Shown: one piece after another, positions 55,591 to 64,000 of the stretch
Layout: each line of letters starts with the position of its first letter
Numbering within the stretch: position 1 is the stretch's first letter
Assembly (NCBI RefSeq): GCF_009914755.1
Contig: NC_060947.1
Strand: one strand, 5' to 3'
Length of the DNA stretch: 64,000 bases
Source: the human T2T-CHM13v2.0 reference genome, Homo sapiens
Notes under the pieces: model-generated
What the model was told of the DNA's origin: nothing
What the model saw: only the letters and a program-made list of their open reading frames with translations
Database searches by the model: none
Position numbers and translations under genes: made by a program

Positions 55591-55923
55591 TCCAAAGCTA
55601 ACTTTCAATGCATCCCTACAGCTGACTCTTACTTTCTCCCCTGCTCCAGAACTGTCCTAGATGATGTGACTTAGAAAGTGTCTGGGATGATTTTAATCCA
55701 TAAGAGCACACAGAGGAACATTATAACATCCTGCTTCATTTGGCTTCACTTCCACATAGCATCCCGTGCCTTCACTAATACCACCCCCACCCCTGCCCCA
55801 GAAGACATAAGTCTCTTCCTTTTGTGAGCTGGGTCCTTTTAAAATTACTAGGGTGGGCAAGTTAAGTGGAGAGTGCACCTGCAGTGAAAAAAGGGAGATA
55901 ACTGAAAAAAGAAAGACTCTTTC

Positions 55924-56030
55924 ATCTTTTTTGTGATGACTGGATTTTCATGCTGTTATGTGAGATGTGCCTCCCTCAAACCTTGTCATGACATCTTGGC
56001 ACATTACCCATCTGATGTGAAAAAAAAAAA
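55924..56030 (+). pseudogene. U13 (SNORD13) snoRNA retrocopy
   Basis: GTGATGA box C 55933-55939, GTGAGATGTGCC.CCCT..AACCTTGT, GGCACATTACCC.TCTGA with box D at 56012-56015, A11 tail. Confidence 0.88.
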
Positions 56031-56534
56031 TGGAGGGAAAGAAGTTGACCAGGAGACCGAATATAAGAAGAGCCAGAGAGGACCATGGTTTTCTTTAGAG
56101 AAGAAGAGGCTGCAGAGGTGAAGCATCACTGGAATCATTAAATGATTGTTGGAGGTTATGCATTGTTTCTAATTTCCCCTAAGTATAGATGTAAAAATTG
56201 CAGGAAACCACTCTTGGATGGAAGAAGGTACATTAAATGTTGGAGAAAGTTGCTGAGGCAGGATCTCAAGAGTCGGGTGGAAGAAGAACCAGTGGAGCAA
56301 TGATGTCCTCAGAAACCAGCAAACGTACTAGGCAGACTTTCCAGTTTTAATGCTCTTTATGGTGTTGTAAAAAGTAAGAACAGCCTTTCTCTAACAAGGG
56401 ATATCCTGAACAAGAGATGGGCTGCCCTCAAATTTCTGGTTGTCTATTGCTGATTAAAAGGAAGGCCAGCTAAACACAATGCAGTATCCTAGATTGGATC
56501 CTGCAATAGAAAAAGGACATTAGTGGAAAAACTA

Positions 56535-57075
<541 letters not shown>

Positions 57076-58374
57076 CTATCTCTGCAAATTTTCTGCAAAT
57101 CTAAATTTATTCCAAAAGTGAAAAACAAACAAAAAGAAAAAACCTAAAACTGAGGGAAAATAAGAAGGCATGAATTTGAAAGCAGGCTAGTGGGTTTTTA
57201 CAGGGAGGCATTTCCTTCAGGGCTAGGCAGAGCCCCCAGAGAAGGTTAAATGGGAAGAACGTAATGACTACTCCAAATATGGACTAGAAAGTAAAGTAAT
57301 GAAACACAACTGAGGGAAAGTAAGTAGAGGATAGACTCACATCAGGATACTTCGTGTAAATTTTGAGAAAATGATGTCAATATTAACATGTATATTATAA
57401 TGAGATAGCAATGGTCTAATACAAACTCATTCTCTCATACAGATTATCCTTTAGTGTTTAGCCAATGTTCGATTCACATGGAATTGACATCTGCCACCTT
57501 TGGTGAGAGTTATAAGGAACCAGATGTTTTTTTTTTCTCCCTTCCTCCATGCAGATGTGAACTGTGGTTAAACAGTGGTTTTGGAGTGAGATGGTCCAAT
57601 ATTTTTTCTTACCATGTTGTTTCATAGTTTCAAATTCTGCATTAAAAAATTAAACAGCTTAAAAAATGAACAAGTAAAATTATATCAAACTAAAAATCTT
57701 CCACATAATGAACTAAATAATCAACAAAATGAAAAGGCTACCCACAGAATGGGAGAAAATACTTGCAAACTATATAGCTGATAAAAGGTACTATGGTCTT
57801 AATGTTTGTGTCCCCCCAGATTCATATATTGAAGCCTAATCCCCAATGTGACAGTGTTTCCATTAGGGCAGAGCCCTAATGAATGGTATTAGTGGCCCTA
57901 TAATGATATTCCCAAAATTCCTTCTGTATGTACTCCATGTGCTTTCTCGATTATCCTATTCTAGTGCAACCACTTTTTGCAATACTGAATTATCAGGCAT
58001 TAATACCTTAGCATAGATTTGTTTATCTCATCCTAGAGACTGGTAAATGTTTTACTCATTTATTTATTTATTTTAGAGACAGGATCTCACTATGCTGCCC
58101 AGGCTGGCCCTGAACTCCTGGGCTCAAGGTATCCTCCCACCTCAATTTACCAAGTAGCTGGGACTGTGGGCACATGCCACCATGCCTGGGAAGACTGGTT
58201 AACTTTGATGGGAAATCAGAAAAGACCTTGAGTACCGAGGATGGACTGTGAAAGTGAATGATGAGGTGTAGAACAAAATGGGGAGAGGACACTGGAAATT
58301 GCCTCACTTACCTCAGGCTAAGAGTTCTGAAAGCTCCCCTAGCAACTTCAGTCCGTGGGAAGCTTCTGTAAAAA

Positions 58375-61300
58375 TCTTTATTTTAAACTTTTATTTTAGG
58401 TTCAGAAGTACATGTGCAGGTTTATTATATAGGTAAACTCATTTCACAAGGGTTTGCTGTACAGATTATTTCATCATCCAAGTGTTAAGCCTAGTACCCA
58501 ATAGTTATTTTTTCTGCTCCTCTCCCTCCTCCTAACCTCCGCCCTCAAGTAGGCCCCAGTGTCTGTTATTCCTTCTTTGTGTTCATGAGTTCTCATCATT
58601 TAGCTCTCACATATAAGTGACAACATGCAATATTTAGTTTTCTGTTACTGCATTCGTTTGCTAAGGATAATAACCTCCAGCTCCATCCATGTTCCCGCAA
58701 AAGACACAATTGCATTCTTTTCTATGGCTGCATAGTATTCTATGGTGTGTAAGTACCATATTTTCTTTATCCGGTCTGACATTGATGGGCATTTAGGTTG
58801 ATTCCATATCTTTGCTATTGTGAATAGTGCTGCAATGAACATTCACATACATGTGTCTTTAAGGTAAAATGATTTATATTCCTCTGGGTGTATACCCAGT
58901 ATTGGGATTGCTGGGTTGAATGGTAGTTCTGTTTATATCTCTTTGAGGAATTGCCATACTGCTTTCCACAATGGTTGAACTAATTTACACTTGCACCAAC
59001 AGTGTGTAAGTGTTCCCTTTTCTCCACAACCTCATCAGCATCTGTTATTTTTTGACTTCTTAATAATTGTGGGCGGCAAGCCACCCAGGCGCCGAGGCAA
59101 GAGACCGAGGACACGAGCTGTTCCAGCATAATAAAATATAAAAGAATAGTTATACCAGATATAGATCTTAGATATGATTATATACGAATATCATTAATCA
59201 TTAGTTGGTAGTAATTACTCTTTATCCCAATATTATATAATCCTCGCTCTACAATCATAACCTAGGAAAAACCAGGCCATACAGAGATAGGAGCTGAGGG
59301 GACACAGTGAGAAGTGACCAGAAGACAAGAGTGCGAGCCTTCTGTTATACGCAGACAGGGCCACCAGAAGGGCTCCTTGGTCTAGCGGTGACGCCAGCGT
59401 CTGGGAAGATGCCCGTTGCCGAGCAGACGGTGGTCTAGCGGTAGCCTCAGTGTCAAGGAAAAACACCAGCTACTTAGCAGACCGGGAAAGGGAGTCTCCC
59501 TTTCCCTGGGGGAGTTTAGAGAAGACTCTGCTCCTCCACCTCCTGTGGAAGGCCTGACATCAGTCAGCCTTGCCCGCAGTTATCCAGAGGCCTAACCATC
59601 TCCCTGTGATGCTGTGCTTCAGTGGTCACGCTCCTAGTCCGCCTTCATGTTCCATCCGGTACACCTGGCTCTGCCTTCTAGATAGCAGTAGTAAATTAGT
59701 GAAAGTACTAATAGTCCCTGATATGCAGAAATAATGGCGTAAGCTGTCTTTCTCTCTGTCTCCTCTCCCTCTCTGCCTTGGCTGCCAGGCAGGGAAGGGC
59801 CCCCTGTCCAGTGGACACGTGACCTTACCTATCATTGGAGATGACTCACACCCTTTACCTTGCCCCTTTTGCCTTGTATCCAATAAATAACAGCGCAGCC
59901 AGACATTCAGGGCCACTACCGGTCTCGCGCATTGGTGGTAGTGGTCCCCCGGGCCCAGCTGCCTTTTCTTTTATCTCTTTGTCTTGTGTCTTTATTTCTA
60001 CACTCTCTCGTCGCCGCACACGGGGAGAGACCCACCAACCCCGTGGGACTGGTCCCTACAATAATAGCCATTCTGACTGGGGTGTGAGATAGCATCTCAT
60101 TGTAATTTTGATTTGCATTTCTCTAATGATCGGTGATGTTGAGCTTTTTTGCATATGCTTGTTGGCCGCATATATGTCTTCTTTTGAAAAGTGTCTGTTC
60201 ATGTCCTTTGCCTATGTTTTAATGGGGTTGTTTGTTTTTCTCTTGTAAATTTGTTTAAGTTCCTTATGGATGCTGGATATTACACCTTTGTCAGAGGCAT
60301 GGTTTCCAAAATAGTTTCCCTCATTCTGTAGGTCGTCTGTTTACTCTGTTGATAATTTCTTTTGCTGTGCAGAAGCTCTTAAGTTTAGTTAGATCCCATT
60401 TGTCAATTTTTGCTTTTGTTGCAATTGCTTTTGACATTTTTGTCATGAAATCTTTGTCCATTCCTATGCCCAGGATGGTATTGCCTACGTTGTCTTCCAG
60501 GATTTTTATAGTTTTAGGTTTTATATTTAAGTCTTTAATCCATCTGGACTTGATTTTTGTATATGGTGTAAGGAAGGGGTCCAGCTTCAATTTCCTGCAT
60601 ATGGATAGTACCAATAGTACCATTTATTGAATAGAGAATCTTTTCCCCATTTCTTGTTTCTGTCAGCTTTGTCAAAGACCAGATGGTTGTAGGTGTGCAG
60701 CCCTATTTCTGGGCTCTCTATTCTGTTCCATTGGGCTATGTGCCTGTTTTTGTACCAGTACCATGTTGGTTTGGTTACTGTAGCCCTGTAGTATAGTTTG
60801 AAATCGGGCAATGTGATGCCTCCAGCTTTGTTTTTTTTTGCTTAGGATTGCCTTGGTTACTCAGGCTTTTTTTGTTGTTGTTGTTCCATATGAATTTTTA
60901 AATAGTTTTTTTCTAGTTCTGTGAAGAATATTGTTGGTAATTTGATAGGAATAGCATTGAATCTGTAAATTGCTTTGGGCCATATGGCCATTTTAATGAC
61001 ATTGATTCCTCCTGTCCATGACCATGGAATGTTTAGTCGTTTGTTTGTGTTATCTCTGATTTCTTTCAGCAGTGTTTTGTAATTCTCCTTGTAGAGAGTT
61101 TTCACCTCCCTGGTTAGCTGTATTCCTAGATATGTTATTCTTTTTGTGGCAATTGTGAATGGAATCGCCTTCCTGATTTGGCTCTCAGCTTGGTTTTTGT
61201 TGCTGTATAGGAATGCTAGTGATTTTTGTATGTTGATTTGGTATCTTGAAACTTTGCTTAAGTTGTTTATCAGCTGAAGACCATGGGGATTTCTCGATAT

Positions 61301-61722
61301 AGAATCCTGTTGTCTGCCAACAGGGATAGTTTTACTTCTTCTCTTCCTATTTGGATGCCCCTTACTTCTTTTTCTTGCCTGATTGCTCTGTCTAGGACTT
61401 CCAATACTGTATTGAATAGGAGTGGTGAGAGAGTGCATTCTTGTCTTGTGCTAGTTTTCAAGGGGAATGCTTCCAGCCTTTGTCCATTCAAGTATGATAT
61501 TGGCTATGGGTTTGTCATAGATGGCTATTATTATAATATTTTGAGGTATGTTCCTTCAATACCCAGCTTATTGAGAGTTTTTAATATGAAGGAATGTTGA
61601 ATTTTATCAAAAGCCTTTCCTGCATCTATTGAGGTAATCATGTGGTTTTTGTCTTTAGTTCTGTTTATGTGATGAATCACATTTATTGATTTGCATATGT
61701 TGAACCAACCTTGCATCCCTGG
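58375..61722 (-). mobile_element. Older L1PA/L1PB 3' portion (ORF2 remnant + 3' UTR)
   Basis: ORF2 peptides [41 protein letters not shown]; interrupted by two LTR insertions. Confidence 0.9.
59068..60060 (+). mobile_element. LTR13-like (HERV-K group) solo LTR
   Basis: TGTGGGCGGCAAGCCACCCAGG...GGTCCCTACA, 993 bp, AATAAA at 59882, ATAAT duplicated at 59063-59067 and 60061-60065. Confidence 0.88.
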
Positions 61723-62062
61723 TGTTAACGGTGGTGGGTGTCCAGGTTCTTGGCATCTTGAACAAAGAAATGGACAAAATGCACAAATAAGGCAAAGAAG
61801 GGATGAAAAGGCTTATTGAAAATGAAAGTACACTCCACAGTGTGGGAGCAGGCCTGAGCATAGGGGCTTAAAGGCCCTGTTACAGAGTTTTTATGAGTTT
61901 AAATGCCCTCTACTTGGGGAATGCCCTATGTAAATGAAGAGCATGAAGTGAAGTTACAAAGTCATTTACAGCGTACGCCCTATGGAGAGGATATTTCCTG
62001 TCATAGCTGAAGTGTGAACCGGCCTTAGGTTCCCTGCCTCCAGACCCTATTTTCCTGCCTCA
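61723..62062 (-). mobile_element. 3' LTR of an ERV1 provirus (MER61-like), 340 bp
   Basis: Minus strand starts TGAGGCAGGAAAATAGGGTCTGGAGG and ends ...TTAACA; preceded by polypurine tract GGGGGAGA (62063-62070). Confidence 0.8.
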
Positions 62063-64000
62063 TCTCCCCCGCTGAGAGATATGATCCCCATAAATCTTTA
62101 TGGGAGGAAGAGGGACTAATGGTCTTTTTTCTGTAACTGCTTCATGCTGGCTTGAGGCATAGTCCCTACCTATTGGGGATCACAGAACTCGCCCTGCTGT
62201 ATCTAGTTGAGGCAGGGCAGCTTCTTGATGACCAGGGGTGGTGTCTTCACCTGGAACTGGCTGGAAGCTTTGTTGCATGATCATCTGAAGCTTAATGGTC
62301 TCTAGGTGAGAGGAAATGAATTTGGTTAAAAGATTTAATGGGAACTTCAGGGGGTGGATACCTATGCTGTCAGAAATGTTTGTTATAGAGATTTGCAGGA
62401 GAAAAAACAAAACCTGGTCTGTTCTAGAATCTATGTGTTTCCTTAGGACAAATCTTAGCACGAGTGACTCCATTTTGGTTTGGTTTGATTTACTGGGGAC
62501 TAGTGCATGAGCTCAGTTCAAAACAATGGACTCCAGAATTTTGTTTAAAAAAATTTTCCCTTTTTTGTCAGGTTCTAACTTAGGTGAGCATGTGACCAAA
62601 ACTTAGGGCCTTAGCGCCACTCTCAGTTGCCATCATTGTGGGTTTCCAGTCTCAGCACATCATTTATAGGTTAGTGTCCTCATGGTTGCACATTTCTTTT
62701 AGCTCTTGTCATTCCAGTTGCAGAGAGACCATACGACATTCTAGAAATGGCTGCATGCAAACATTTAAAACCTTTGAGAGAATACAACGCATCAGGGAGA
62801 CTATTATTATGACTATTGTGAGTAAAATACCAAGAGTTTGGAGTATTCTCCTTACTCAAGGTTCCCATAAACAAAATCTCCTAAAATGAAATAGATCAAA
62901 GAATGAGCTAGATAAACAGTTTACTCACTTGACTAAGCAATTTTTTCATCAGTCCTCTACCACTGAATTTCTATATTCTTCATTTGATGTATTTCCCCAT
63001 AGGCCACAAGTGCCAGCAGCTGCACAGGTACTTTTCCGTTTAGCTAATTCTATTATTTAGCATAACTTTCACGAGAGAATCTAAAGTCTGTTGTGTAACT
63101 GTAGCCTTTACAGTAGAATTTGCTGTAGAACCTATCATGAGGGATACATTTCTAATCATTGCATCTTTTACTTTAAACCATGGAGAAAGTTGCTAACAAA
63201 TGATGCACTTTTAGAAAAGTGAAGGCCTTCTGGCAATGTTCTCTTTAACCCACGATGTGGGTTAAGAGGAGTGAACCAGTGTTTTGTTTTTGACTGATTA
63301 TGAGGCAACACATGTACCGCTAAAGTTTCTTACCCACATTGGGACTTTATCTATCAAAGTATAAGGTTATCTATGTATAAGGGTGGCTGCAAACTCCTTC
63401 ACAAATAAAAGTATACACCATAAGTGCACACAACAGACCCCTTTTCTACTTCTATTGTTCATAGAGGCATAAGCAAGAAAAAACATTGAAAGATAAGAGT
63501 TTCTTGACAGTAGAAGTCTTAATCTGTGAACTTGGGAAAAGCTGTTCACATCAAATATGCCATCTTCTTCTTGGGAGAAATTTCCCTGGTTAGCTTTACC
63601 TCAAGGGTTCCAATGGGTGCACAGTTCCAAAAGTGTGGAGGGACCCTTCTCAGTTGTGAGACCATGAACCCAAAGCCTAAGGTCCTGAAGTTTTGTTGTA
63701 GTGTAAATAGCAAGGCGAGTCTTTCTCCGATGTTCTCAGAAGATCCATACCATGAAAAGCTTTCTTTACCTAGTGAAAATACACTGTAGCATAATAATCT
63801 ACTGTTATAACATCAGCACTCTTGCATGGGAAAGCTTTTCTACAACCAGAAAACATGCATTGAGAATAACAATGGAATGAAATCCCTTTATACAATGTTT
63901 AAATGACCCTCCAGGTGACCAGATGTATCTGAAGCTTTAATTGTTTTCCCAGGAATATGGGATCAAGTACTGGTTATAAACTATTTTAGTAATTTGTAAG
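62063..64000 (-). mobile_element. ERV1 (MER4-group) internal sequence with env TM-tail remnant, continuing beyond the window
   Basis: ORF 62180..62473 contains NLLTKFISSHLETIKLQMIMQQ, a gammaretroviral-type Env cytoplasmic-tail motif. Confidence 0.75.

Overview
Hominid (most likely human, Xq25) genomic DNA. Positions 363-~25070 hold the last nine coding exons and the 3' UTR of STAG2 (+ strand), including the 111-nt cassette exon. The remainder is intergenic and dense in repeats: a full-length inactive L1PA with TSD, a 5'-truncated SVA, solo LTRs, the 3' part of an ERV1 provirus, a U13 snoRNA retrocopy, a fossil hAT transposase and many Alus. The most notable unexplained segment is a ~1.2-kb A-rich insert (~14510-15703, minus strand) in the STAG2 intron downstream of the cassette exon. 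Its ATG-to-TAA span is 1050 nt (349 codons, broken by frameshifts and stops) and it carries five colinear blocks resembling paramyxovirus matrix (M) protein. It ends in a gene-end-like/poly(A) tract and has a degraded candidate TSD, making it a candidate endogenous paramyxovirus-like element. That call rests on by-eye alignment to Nipah M recalled from memory and needs a profile search. Other oddities: a splice junction that regenerates its own 5' splice site, a 114-bp hairpin not made of recognisable repeats, and a 49-bp locally templated inverted insertion inside an LTR. Repeat subfamily names are from recalled consensus sequences and repeat boundaries without TSDs are approximate.
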